From: Nemertoderma westbladi
Lineage: Eukaryota > Animalia > Xenacoelomorpha
Direction: 5' to 3'
DNA: 45,392 bases
Assembly: GCA_032718475.1 (NCBI GenBank)
Contig: JAUCBJ010000185.1
Span: 1 to 45,392 of the forward strand
Shown: in pieces, positions 33,873 to 45,392 of the stretch
Layout: each line of letters opens with the position of its first letter
Position numbering within the stretch: position 1 is the first letter of the stretch
Made by a program: the position numbers and the translations under genes
Notes under the pieces: generated by a model
What the model was told of the DNA's origin: nothing
Database searches by the model: none
Seen by the model: only the letters and a program-made list of their open reading frames with translations

Positions 33873-34899
33873 GATAAATATAAAAAAAAATAAAATAAAT
33901 AGATGTTCAAATTTTTAAAATGGGTATTTGAAGCATAACGTTAAGTTATTACGACTTGGGACCAACCCCTACCCCACTATATCACTAATTCCGCATTCAA
34001 TTTACATAGTTCAATTTTTCAGTTTCCATGACAACCACTACAAACATACGTTTTAACAATTAAATCCTTAGTTTTGCTCATTAACTACTCAACGAAACTT
34101 AATTGAAGTATGGGTCACCTGGAACCACAAACCGGATCTTAATGTAAACCTCAGCAGTTAAATAAAACTCCAATTGCATTGGTAATGGGAGTTTTTAAGG
34201 CATATGCCTCTTTAAGTTTGACTGATGAGTCAGAGTATTTAATTTTTCTTAGCTTCGTGGTTGCATTTCCTTTAGGAAATGCTTTTCTAGTAAAACTGAG
34301 AAATTTATTATAATTTTCACAAATTATTTTTATTAAATATATTTTACATTGCAATCCATAATAAACCCACCCAGTAGTTATTTAACATAGATAGAGAGAA
34401 ACCCATCACCAATTGCAATTACAGTTGAAATAATACAAAGTGATACAAATATTGGAGGGAAATTCAAAACGTATTTACATGTATTAATGTAAATTTTACA
34501 TTGTCTTTACTAGGCTATGTAATTTATACTTACAAGTTAGCTAGTAAATTCCGGTTGCATGCCACAACTTTGGAGTAGCAATTGTGTGACCATTTTCGAA
34601 CATTTTTTATAAACTCGAATTAATGAATTTGTGGTTGCTACAGTAGCAAAATTACTAGCAACTACTGTACAATTCATTAATTCGAGATATCAAAAATAAG
34701 TGTACTGTACATGCCGATTTTTTATATCTTATATTTCCTTTTATTCGAAACTATAGATATACTCAATTGTTTGAATTCTAGAATAATATACCTCCTCTAT
34801 TATTTTAGTTACAGAAGTTACATATTACAAATTACTTTGTTTTTCATATAGCTTGCTTATAAACAAAATTAATGCTATAGTGGGGGGGGGGGGGGGGGG

Positions 34900-35428
34900 G
34901 GTTACATCGCGTTTCGGCAAAAAAGTTGCGTTTTGGCAAAAAGTTGCGTTGATAAAAAGATCAAGATAAATAATACCGCCATTTATCGGCAAAAGTTAAA
35001 GATAATTATTAGATGTGTTAGATCAGGGTTGAATTCAATAATTATAATTGTAGTTGTGGTCTTATGTCAATTAAGCATGATACGTATTGGTACAGTACCG
35101 TACTATTATTATAAATTAATTATAGGTTTAGTAATAACTGGGACTTGGATGCTACAAAAGCACTGTGTACTGTAATTGCTTCTCTTTACTTATTATATCT
35201 ATTATTCACTTAACGATGTTACAAGGTTTATTCTATAAAACTAACCTGTCCTTTACCTTCCTGCGATGGGTAGGCGCGGTATTCTACTGTAATCTACCGT
35301 GTATTTTCTTAAGCCGAAAATTAACTTTTTGCCGAAACGCGACTTGCTTTGCCAAAACGCATTTTATTTGCCGAAACGCAACTTTTTTCCCGAAACGCAA
35401 CTTTTTCCCCGAAACGGGACTGTTACCG
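34900..35428. mobile_element. MITE-like element with arrays of inverted subterminal repeats
   Basis: GTTTCGGCAAAAAAGTTGC units at 34911-34950 and CCGAAACGCAACTTTTT units at 35325-35417. Confidence 0.55.
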
Positions 35429-36193
35429 GACCTGCGGGGATGGGCGTTAAGAAATAAATAATGTTCTGAATTTAGATAGCGCCAGCTTCACCGACCGAGA
35501 TACTGTACTTCCTTTAACAACTTCTAAGTCCATTCAATGTAGCAAAACAAAAAGGGAGGTGGGTTTAAACCAAAACCAATGCGAAAATAAAATTATGCGG
35601 ATCATTTTCATTTTATGATTTTTTCCTTAGCAACATGGATTATAGCCTACAAATAATCAAGTTAATCAGGTTTGTTTGGCCTGTATGCAAATTCACGTCG
35701 AATTTAAATATGTGATCCCCAAAACACATTTGTTATATAAACTAGATTTTTGGCAATAACTATGTAGGCTGAAATACTGTAGACATATCCAAAAAAAATA
35801 TGCAAGATTGACTTCGACTATAACTCGACTGATCAAAAAGTATTACAGTACCAATAGAATATAATTAATATTATTTAAAATAATTTAATAAATTCAAATA
35901 TATTATAATTGAGAGTTGATCGCTGGTAAAACCCGTGTAAGCAGTCCTCGGGCCTCGTTCTCAGGGCTATTATTTGCTCAGAGGGTAAAATTACAGGGAA
36001 TTTAATATTAATTATTTAATTTACAATAATTGAAGAAACTTAGATACCTTACTTAGGTAATAAGTTTTATTCCAAAATTGTAACATTACTCAACGCCGTT
36101 AGTATTAACAGCCAGTTGTTATTTAGCACTTTACAACTTTAGAGGACATTACAGCATTGTATTGGCCTGTACATTTAGTATTTCATTTGGTGT

Positions 36194-36284
36194 TATTGTT
36201 TACGTGGTAACCCATGACGGCGTTAAGTAATGTCCACTAAGGGGACATTACTTAACGCCGTCATTGGATACCACGTAAACAATA
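36194..36284. repeat. ~90-bp near-perfect palindrome
   Basis: TATTGTTTACGTGGTA...ATGACGGCGTTAAGTAATGTCC followed by its reverse complement across a short loop. Confidence 0.9.
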
Positions 36285-36718
36285 GGTGGAAATTTTCCCG
36301 ACAGCCAGATAAGCCTACTGCATTAACAACCGGTAGGCGGGGTATAGCTATTAATAACCAGTAGGGCCTAGCTATATTATTATAACATGGCTCCAAGCGC
36401 CACCATAAATATAAGCTAACTTATTTATAATATAATTTATGTCATTTTTAGATTTATTTATACAGCAACTAATTTAATGCAGTTTCTATCACTTATATTA
36501 TATGTACAATCATTTCGTAATGTTAAAATTTTGGAATAAAACTACATACATACTTGTTGCAAAGTACCTCGTGGCTTTATTTTCATTCACTCACTAACGT
36601 TCGTTCGTGTAACAAAGCCACTCGGATCATCACACTGTAATGCGCTACTTTACACACAAGTATGTAGGCCTAAATAGTTAATACTTGATTGTTTTTTTTA
36701 ATAACCTATTTTATTGTT

Positions 36719-36921
36719 TTAAATATACAATGTGAATAAGACAATATGATAATGCTCTCCAAAGCGAAAAATATCAAACGGCCCTATTGGGGCTCGAACC
36801 CGGTACCTAGGTTTCAAACTTCTGGTTATCATCAGCCGGGTGAGTGTACTGAGCTACCAGACCGGATATTTTTCGCTATGGAGAGCATTATCATATTGTC
36901 TTATTTACATTGTATATTTAA
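36719..36921 (-). mobile_element. MITE-like element: 57-bp inverted arms around a tRNA-like core
   Basis: Arms at 36719-36775 and 36865-36921; minus-strand core has GGTAGCTCAGT (A box) and GGGTTCGAGCCC (B box). Confidence 0.65.
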
Positions 36922-37089
36922 TACACCGCGTCACTCACCCACACAATTCACTTATTATTATTTTATTGTTTACATAATTAACAAAGAAAATCGCACAAAA
37001 CCGGAATAGGCATTGGGCACAATGGGCAGGCACTTCTAATTTGTAATATGTAACTTTTCGCACCAGGCCTATTCAACTAATTCAAGTCC

Positions 37090-37590
37090 ATGTTAAACGT
37101 AAATATGATACATTTCCTTATTTTATTCATACTGCTTTGCGCTCAATTCCACACAATCTATAATACCGGTGAGGTTAATTATACCTGTTCTGTCGGAAAG
37201 ATGTTGAAAGTGAAAAGTGAAGATTCAAATGTTAAACGCGCCTCGTGGGATGTGATAAATAATCACTCTTACGGGAATAGTACTGGTTGTAAATTTTGTA
37301 ACATAGTTACCCACAAACTTAATGGACACGTAAAGGGTAAGCATTCCGAAGCGGAGGTTTCTTTTTACTTCGAGTACAAGAATTGTCTTGATGTTAATAA
37401 TTGCAAGAATCAAAGCGAAAGTGATTGCAAATCATCATATGCATCCAATCATTCATGCAGCGGATATTTTGGAACGATGGAAACAAAATTGAAAAAGAAA
37501 ATAAACAACATGTCGCACAGGTGTATGAGTAAATGTTGCCAAGGAGACTTAAACTGTGCCTCACCTTCATGGAAAAATGAATATACATAG
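37090..37590 (+). CDS. Putative secreted Cys-rich protein, possibly Ly6/uPAR three-finger-like
   Basis: 166-aa ORF in AT-rich DNA; signal-peptide-like MIHFLILFILLCA; 11 Cys downstream ending CCQGDLNC; six N-x-S/T sequons. Confidence 0.55.
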   Translation: MLNVNMIHFLILFILLCAQFHTIYNTGEVNYTCSVGKMLKVKSEDSNVKRASWDVINNHSYGNSTGCKFCNIVTHKLNGHVKGKHSEAEVSFYFEYKNCLDVNNCKNQSESDCKSSYASNHSCSGYFGTMETKLKKKINNMSHRCMSKCCQGDLNCASPSWKNEYT

Positions 37591-38602
37591 CAGCGAGCTG
37601 CCGATAGGCCTACTTACTACTGTATGTTGTCAAGGTAACTAACTCATGATGGAATTAATGTAAGAATATTATACTATGTTGTCATGGTAACTGATAGAAT
37701 GTTGAAATATTTATACTATATTGTTATGGTAACACCCCTTCCCATCTCACACACACCCCCAATCACATATCCCACCGCACATCCCCCTTTACTAATTAAT
37801 CATTGTGGGATATAACCGAAAAGCGCAACAAACTCCATTTACATGTATCAAATTATTAAATGCGTTATTTTAAAAATCGGATCACCATACCCCGGAATAT
37901 AGAGTCGTAATTAAATGACACGAACCCAAAAAAAAAATATTTGTTATGCAAAGGGAAGAAATAAAATACTTCTGTATATAATATATGCATCTGTTAACAA
38001 TGTCGTAAATATATTGAAACTAAACAGATTATTGCATAACAAAATTAGAAACATATATAAAATGTAACAATTTTTATTTACAACAAGGGGAAACGGAACT
38101 TAATTTTATAGTCGGCACAAGAAGGTACGTAGGTTAATTGTTAATTACTTCACTCCTAATAACCATCAGTAACATCGAGAGATACATGAAGATGGACGTC
38201 ATCCTCTAAGCCGTGCAAATATTCGCATTATTAGTTCCAGGCGTTAAGTATTTCGTAACCTGCAAAAATAAAAACAAAAATAACTAAATAACTTATTTTA
38301 GCCAGATAATGTTAATTTATTACATTAAGGTAAATTATCAGCGTTCTGGTATGGTAAGATCATCGAAAAGCAACAAAGTAATCACTAACTTATTAACAAT
38401 AAACTTCTAGAACACATCTTGAATATTCTCCATTAATAATAACCATTGTATGCTAAGTGTACGAGAATTTAAAGTACAGCTCCATGGCCAAAAATAAAAA
38501 TGGCAAATTATAGATAGATGTTTATTCCTCATCTTGCAATCACTATTATTTAAGATATCCTATTTTGAAATGAAACAATATGGGGTTATCCAAATTTATT
38601 AT

Positions 38603-41600
38603 GGGATGGGGTGGGAGGTCGGGAGGGGTGGTCGGTTGGGTGGTCGGGAGGGGTGGTCGGGAGGGGTGGTCGGGAGGGGGTGGTCGGATGGGGTGGTCGA
38701 GAAAGTGTGGTCGGGATGGGGTGGACGGGAGGGGGAGGTCGGGAGGGGTGGTCGAGAGGGGGTGGTCGGGAGGAGGTGGTCGGGAGGGGTGGTCGGTTGA
38801 GTGGTCGGGAGGGGTGGTCGGGAGGGGGTGGTCGGTTGGGTGGTCGGGAGGGGTGGTCGGGAGGGGGTGGTCGGGTGGGGTGGTCGGGAGGGGTGGTCGG
38901 TTGGGTGGTCGGGAGGGGTGGTCGGGAGGGGTGGTCGGTTGAGTGGTCGGGAGGGGTGGTCGGGAGGGGGTGGTCGGTTGGGTGGTCGGGAGGGGTGGTC
39001 GGGAGGGGGTGGACGGGAGGGGGTGGTCGGGTGGGGTGGTCGAGAAAGTGTGGTCGGGATGGGGTGGACGGGAGGGGGTGGTCGGGAGGGGTGGTCGAGA
39101 GGGGGTGGTCGGGAGGGGGTTGTCGGGAGGGGTTGGTCGGTGGGGTGGTCGGGAGGAGGTTGTCGGGTGGGTTGGTCGGGTGGGGTGATCGAGAAAGTGT
39201 GGTCTGGATGGGGTGGTCGGGAGGGGGTGGTCGGGAGGGGGTGGTCGGGAGGGGGTGGTCGGGAGGGAGTGGTCGGTAGGGGGTGGTTGCGGTCGGGAGA
39301 GGGTGGTCGGGGGGGGGGGGGTGGTCGAGAAACTGGTCTGGATAGGGTGGTCGGGAGGGGTGGTCGGGAGGGGTGGTCGGGAGGGGGTGGTCGGGTGGGG
39401 TGGTCGAGAGGGGGTGGTCGGGAGGGGGTGGTCGGGAGGAGGTTGTCGGGTGGGTTGGTCGCGAGGGGGTGGTCGGGAGGGGGTGGTCGAGAAAGGGTGG
39501 TCGCGGTCGGGAGGGGGTGGTCGCGGTCGGGAGGGGGTGGTCGGGCGGGGTGGTCGGGAGAGTGTGGTCTGGATCGGGCGGTCGGGAGGGGGGTGGTCGC
39601 GGTCGGGAGGGGGTGGTCGCGGTCGGGAGGGGGTGGTCGCGGTCGGGAGGGGGTGGTCGCGGGGGGGTGGTCGGGAGAGGGGTGGTCGCGGTCGGGAGGG
39701 GGTGGTCGGTCGGAGGGGGTGGTCGCGGTCGGGAGGGGTGGTCGCGGTCGGGAGGGGGTGGTCGGGGGGAGGAGGGTGGTCGCGGTCGGGAGGGGGTGGT
39801 CGCGGTCGGGAGGGGGTGGTCGCGTCGGGAGGGGGTGGTCGCGGTCGGGAGGGGGTGGTCGCGGTAGGGGGGTTGGATCGGGAGAGGGTGGTCGCGGTCG
39901 GGAGGGGGTGGTCGGGAGGGTGGTGGTCGCGGTCGGGAGGGGGTGGTCGCGGTCGGGAGGGGGTGGTCGCGGTCGGGAGGGGGTGGTCGCGGTCGGGAGG
40001 GGGTGGTCGCGGTCGGGAGGGGGTGGTGCGTCGGTCGGGAGGGGGTGGTCGCGGTCGGGAGGGGGTGGTCGCGGTCGGGAGAGGTGGTCGCGGTCGGGAG
40101 GGGGTGGTCGCGGTCGGAGGGGGTGGTCGCGGTCGGGAGAGGGTGGTCGCGGTCGGAGAGGGGGTGGTCGGGTCGAGGGTGGTCGGGAGGAGGGTGGTCG
40201 GGTGGAGGTGGTCGCGGTCGGGGTGGTCGGGAGGGGGTGGTCGGGAGGGGGTGGTCGCGAGTCGGGAGGGGGGTGGTCGCGGTCGGGAGGGGGTGGTCGC
40301 GGTCGGGAGAGGGTGGTCGCGGTCGGGAGGGGGTGGTCGCGGTCGGGAGGGGGTGGTCGCGGTCGGGAGAGGGGTGGTCGGGTAGGGGGTGGTCGCGGTC
40401 GGGAGAGGGTGGTCGCGGTCGGGAGGGGGTGGTCGCGGTCGGGAGGGGGTGGTCGCGGTCGGGAGGGGGTGGTCGCGGTCGGGAGGGGGTGGTCGCGGTC
40501 GGGAGGGGGTGGTCGCGGTCGGGAGGGGGTGGTCGCGGTCGGGAGGGGGTGGTCGCGGTCGGGAGGGGGTGGTCGCGGTCGGGAGGGGGTGGTCGCGGTC
40601 GGGAGGGGGTGGTCGCGGTCGGGAGGGGGTGGTCGCGGTCGGGAGAGGGTGGTCGCGGTCGGGAGGGGGTGGTCGCGGTCGGGAGGGGGTGGTCGCGGTC
40701 GGGAGGGGGTGGTCGCGGTCGGGAGAGGGTGGTCGGGTCGCGGGTCGGGAGGGGGTGGTCGCGGTCGGGAGGGGGTGGTCGCGGTCGGGAGGGGGTGGTC
40801 GGGAGGGGGGTCGGTCGGGAGAGGGTGGTCGCGGTCGGGAGGGGGTGGTCGCGGTCGGGAGGGGGTGGTCGCGGTCGGGAGGGGGTGGTCGCGGTCGGGA
40901 GAGGGTGGTCGCGGTCGGGAGGGGGTGGTCGCGGTCGGGAGGGGGTGGTCGCGGTCGGGAGGGGGTGGTCGCGGTCGGGAGGGGGTGGTCGCGGTCGGGA
41001 GGGGGTGGTCGCGGTCGGGAGGGGGTGGTCGGGAGGAGGGTGGTCGCGGTCGGGAGGGGGTGGTCGCGGTCGGGAGAGGGTGGTCGCGGTCGGGAGGGGG
41101 TGGTCGCGGTCGGGAGGGGGTGGTCGCGGTCGGGAGGGGGTGGTCGCGGTCGGGAGGGGGTGGTCGCGGTCGGGAGGGGGTGGTCGCGGTCGGGAGGGGG
41201 TGGTCGCGGTCGGGAGGGGGTGGTCGCGGTCGGGAGGGGGTGGTCGCGGTCGGGAGGGGGTGGTCGCGGTCGGGAGGGGGTGGTCGCGGTCGGGAGGGGG
41301 TGGTCGCGGTCGGGAGGGGGTGGTCGCGGTCGGGAGGGGGTGGTCGCGGTCGGGAGGGGGTGGTCGCGGTCGGGAGGGGGTGGTCGCGGTCGGGAGGGGG
41401 TGGTCGCGGTCGGGAGGGGGTGGTCGCGGTCGGGAGGGGGTGGTCGCGGTCGGGAGGGGGTGGTCGCGGTCGGGAGGGGGTGGTCGCGGTCGGGAGGGGG
41501 TGGTCGCGGTCGGGAGGGGGTGGTCGCGGTCGGGAGGGTGGTCGCGTCGGGAGGGGGTGGTCGCGGTCGGGAGGGGGTGGTCGGGAGGGGGTGGTCGCGG

Positions 41601-44600
41601 TCGGGAGGGGGTGGTCGCGGTCGGGAGGGGGTGGTCGCGGTCGGGAGGGGGTGGTCGCGGTCGGGAGGGGGTGGTCGCGGTCGGGAGGGGGTGGTCGCGG
41701 TCGGGAGGGGGTGGTCGCGGTCGGGAGGGGGTGGTCGCGGTCGGGAGGGGGTGGTCGCGGTCGGGAGGGGGTGGTCGCGGTCGGGAGGGGGTGGTCGCGG
41801 TCGGGAGGGGGTGGTCGCGGTCGGGAGGGGGTGGTCGCGGTCGGGAGGGGGTGGTCGCGGTCGGGAGGGGGTGGTCGCGGTCGGGAGGGGGTGGTCGCGG
41901 TCGGGAGGGGGTGGTCGCGGTCGGGAGGGGGTGGTCGCGGTCGGGAGGGGGTGGTCGCGGTCGGGAGGGGGTGGTCGCGATCGGGAGGGGGTGGTCGCGG
42001 TCGGGAGGGGGTGGTCGCGGTCGGGAGGGGGTGGTCGCGGTCGGGAGGGGGTGGTCGCGGTCGGGAGGGGGTGGTCGCGGTCGGGAGGGGGTGGTCGCGG
42101 TCGGGAGGGGGTGGTCGCGGTCGGGAGGGGGTGGTCGCGGTCGGGAGGGGGTGGTCGCGGTCGGGAGGGGGTGGTCGCGGTCGGGAGGGGGTGGTCGCGG
42201 TCGGGAGGGGGTGGTCGCGGTCGGGAGGGGGTGGTCGCGGTCGGGAGGGGGTGGTCGCGGTCGGGAGGGGGTGGTCGCGGTCGGGAGGGGGTGGTCGCGG
42301 TCGGGAGGGGGTGGTCGCGGTCGGGAGGGGGTGGTCGCGGTCGGGAGGGGGTGGTCGCGGTCGGGAGGGGGTGGTCGCGGTCGGGAGGGGGTGGTCGCGG
42401 TCGGGAGGGGGTGGTCGCGGTCGGGAGGGGGTGGTCGCGGTCGGGTGGGTGGTCGCGTCGGGAGGGGGTGGTCGCGGTCGGGAGGGGGTGGTCGCGGTCG
42501 GGAGGGGGTGGTCGCGGTCGGGAGGGGGTGGTCGCGGTCGGGAGGGGGTGGTCGCGGTCGGGAGGGGGTGGTCGCGGTCGGGAGGGGGTGGTCGCGGTCG
42601 GGAGGGGGTGGTCGCGGTCGGGAGGGGGTGGTCGCGGTCGGGAGGGGGTGGTCGCGGTCGGGAGGGTGGTCGCGTCGGGAGGGGGTGGTCGCGGTCGGGA
42701 GGGGTGGTCGCGGTCGGGAGGGGGTGGTCGCGGTCGGGAGGGGGTGGTCGCGGTCGGGAGGGGGTGGTCGCGGTCGGGAGGGGGTGGTCGCGGTCGGGAG
42801 GGGGTGGTCGCGGTCGGGAGGGGGTGGTCGCGGTCGGGAGGGGGTGGTCGCGGTCGGGAGGGGGTGGTCGCGGTCGGGAGGGGGTGGTCGCGGTCGGGAG
42901 GGGGTGGTCGCGGTCGGGAGGGGGTGGTCGCGGTCGGGAGGGGGTGGTCGCGGTCGGGAGGGGGTGGTCGCGGTCGGGAGGGGGTGGTCGCGGTCGGGAG
43001 GGGGTGGTCGCGGTCGGGAGGGGGTGGTCGCGGTCGGGAGGGGGTGGTCGCGGTCGGGAGGGGGTGGTCGCGGTCGGGAGGGGGTGGTCGCGGTCGGGAG
43101 GGGGTGGTCGCGGTCGGGAGGGGGTGGTCGCGGTCGGGAGGGGGTGGTCGCGGTCGGGAGGGGGTGGTCGCGGTCGGGAGGGGGTGGTCGCGGTCGGGAG
43201 GGGGTGGTCGCGGTCGGGAGGGGGTGGTCGCGGTCGGGAGGGGGTGGTCGCGGTCGGGAGGGGGTGGTCGCGGTCGGGAGGGGGTGGTCGCGGTCGGGAG
43301 GGGGTGGTCGCGGTCGGGAGGGGGTGGTCGCGGTCGGGAGGGGGTGGTCGCGGTCGGGAGGGGGTGGTCGCGGTCGGGAGGGGGTGGTCGCGGTCGGGAG
43401 GGGGTGGTCGCGGTCGGGAGGGGGTGGTCGCGGTCGGGAGGGGGTGGTCGCGGTCGGGAGGGGGTGGTCGCGGTCGGGAGGGGGTGGTCGCGGTCGGGAG
43501 GGGGTGGTCGCGGTCGGGAGGGGGTGGTCGCGGTCGGGAGGGGGTGGTCGCGGTCGGGAGGGGGTGGTCGCGGTCGGGAGGGGGTGGTCGCGGTCGGGAG
43601 GGGGTGGTCGCGGTCGGGAGGGGGTGGTCGCGGTCGGGAGGGGGTGGTCGCGGTCGGGAGGGGGTGGTCGCGGTCGGGAGGGGGTGGTCGCGGTCGGGAG
43701 GGGGTGGTCGCGGTCGGGAGGGGGTGGTCGCGGTCGGGAGGGGGTGGTCGCGGTCGGGAGGGGGTGGTCGCGGTCGGGAGGGGGTGGTCGCGGTCGGGAG
43801 GGGGTGGTCGCGGTCGGGAGGGGGTGGTCGCGGTCGGGAGGGGGTGGTCGCGGTCGGGAGGGGGTGGTCGCGGTCGGGAGGGGGTGGTCGCGGTCGGGAG
43901 GGGGTGGTCGCGGTCGGGAGGGGGTGGTCGCGGTCGGGAGGGGGTGGTCGCGGTCGGGAGGGGGTGGTCGCGGTCGGGAGGGGGTGGTCGCGGTCGGGAG
44001 GGGGTGGTCGCGGTCGGGAGGGGGTGGTCGCGGTCGGGAGGGGGTGGTCGCGGTCGGGAGGGGGTGGTCGCGGTCGGGAGGGGGTGGTCGCGGTCGGGAG
44101 GGGGTGGTCGCGGTCGGGAGGGGGTGGTCGCGGTCGGGAGGGGGTGGTCGCGATCGGGAGGGGGTGGTCGCGGTCGGGAGGGGGTGGTCGCGGTCGGGAG
44201 GGGGTGGTCGCGGTCGGGAGGGGGTGGTCGCGGTCGGGAGGGGGTGGTCGCGGTCGGGAGGGGGTGGTCGGTCGGGGGGTGGTCGGGAGGGGGTGGTCGC
44301 GGTCGGGAGGGGGTGGTCGCGGTCGGGAGGGGGTGGTCGCGGTCGGGAGGGGGTGGTCGCGGTCGGGAGGGGGTGGTCGCGGTCGGGAGGGGGTGGTCGC
44401 GGTCGGGAGGGGGTGGTCGCGGTCGGGAGGGGGTGGTCGCGGTCGGGAGGGGGTGGTCGCGGTCGGGAGGGTTGGTCGGGAGAGGGTGGTCGCGGTCGGG
44501 AGGGGGTGGTCGCGGTCGGGAGGGGGTGGTCGCGGTCGGGAGGGGGTGGTCGCGGTCGGGAGGGGGTGGTCGGGAGGGGGTGGTCGCGGTCGGGAGGGGG

Positions 44601-45392
44601 TGGTCGCGGTCGGGAGGGGGTGGTCGCGGTCGGGAGGGGGTGGTCGCGGTCGGGAGGGGGTGGTCGCGGTCGGGAGGGGGTGGTCGCGGTCGGGAGGGGG
44701 TGGTCGCGGTCGGGAGGGGGTGGTCGCGGTCGGGAGGGGGTGGTCGCGGTCGGGAGGGGGTGGTCGCGGTCGGGAGGGGGTGGTCGCGGTCGGGAGGGGG
44801 TGGTCGCGGTCGGGAGGGGGTGGTCGCGGTCGGGAGGGGGTGGTCGCGGTCGGGAGAGGGTGGTCGCGGTCGGGAGGGGGTGGTCGCGGTCGGGAGGGGG
44901 TGGTCGCGGTCGGGAGGGGGTGGTCGCGGTCGGGAGGGGGTGGTCGCGGTCGGGAGGGGGTGGTCGCGGTCGGGAGGGGGTGGTCGCGGTCGGGAGGGGG
45001 TGGTCGCGGTCGGGAGGGGGTGGTCGCGGTCGGGAGGGGGTGGTCGCGGTCGTGGAGGGGGTGGTCGCGGTCGGGAGGGGGTGGTCGCGGTCGGGAGGGG
45101 GTGGTCGCGGTCGGGAGGGGGTGGTCGCGGTCGGGAGGGGGTGGTCGCGGTCGGGAGGGGGTGGTCGCGGTCGGGAGGGGGTGGTCGCGGTCGGGAGGGG
45201 GTGGTCGCGGTCGGGAGGGGGTGGTCGCGGTCGGGAGGGGGTGGTCGCGGTCGGGAGGGGGTGGTCGCGGTCGGGAGGGGGTGGTCGCGGTCGGGAGGGG
45301 GTGGTCGCGGTCGGGAGGGGGTGGTCGCGGTCGGGAGGGGGTGGTCGCGGTCGGGAGGGGGTGGTCGCGGTCGGGAGGGGGTGGTCGCGGTC
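38603..45392 (+). repeat. G-rich tandem array, (GGGAGGGGGTGGTCGCGGTC)n, degenerate at the proximal end
   Basis: 13-15-bp variable units at 38603-39500, mixed zone to ~40400, then ~250 highly homogeneous 20-mers to the window end. Confidence 0.98.

Noticed and set aside
36776-36864. Functional tRNA gene
   Set aside because: A and B boxes are present but D and anticodon arms do not fold canonically.
38534-40385. Gly/Arg/Trp-rich ORFs
   Set aside because: Translations of the G-rich satellite.

Overview
AT-rich, repeat-dense animal (probably invertebrate) genomic DNA, not prokaryotic. Bases 1-12121 are a young non-autonomous BEL/Pao LTR retrotransposon: near-identical 1177-bp TG...CA LTRs and one intact Gag-protease ORF whose RT, most of RNase H and integrase are deleted. 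It has no tRNA primer-binding site; instead the 11 nt directly after the 5' LTR are the exact reverse complement of an 11-mer inside the LTR (443-453), the signature of Tf1-type self-priming, which I do not know to be described for BEL/Pao. Three diverged LTR relatives (two solo LTRs with 5-bp TSDs, one truncated) lie at 30.4-33.9 kb and show covarying hairpins. Also present: a 6.1-kb non-autonomous TIR element with ATAT flanks; an apparently intact L2/CR1-group LINE whose ORF1, a 30-bp Pro-rich repeat and ORF2 sit in one frame separated by two TGA-C stops; an uninterrupted CTDNEP1/Dullard ORF; a small secreted Cys-rich ORF; several MITE-like palindromes; and a 6.8-kb G-rich 20-bp array running to the window end with telomere-like polarity. 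All calls are by eye; no searches were run.
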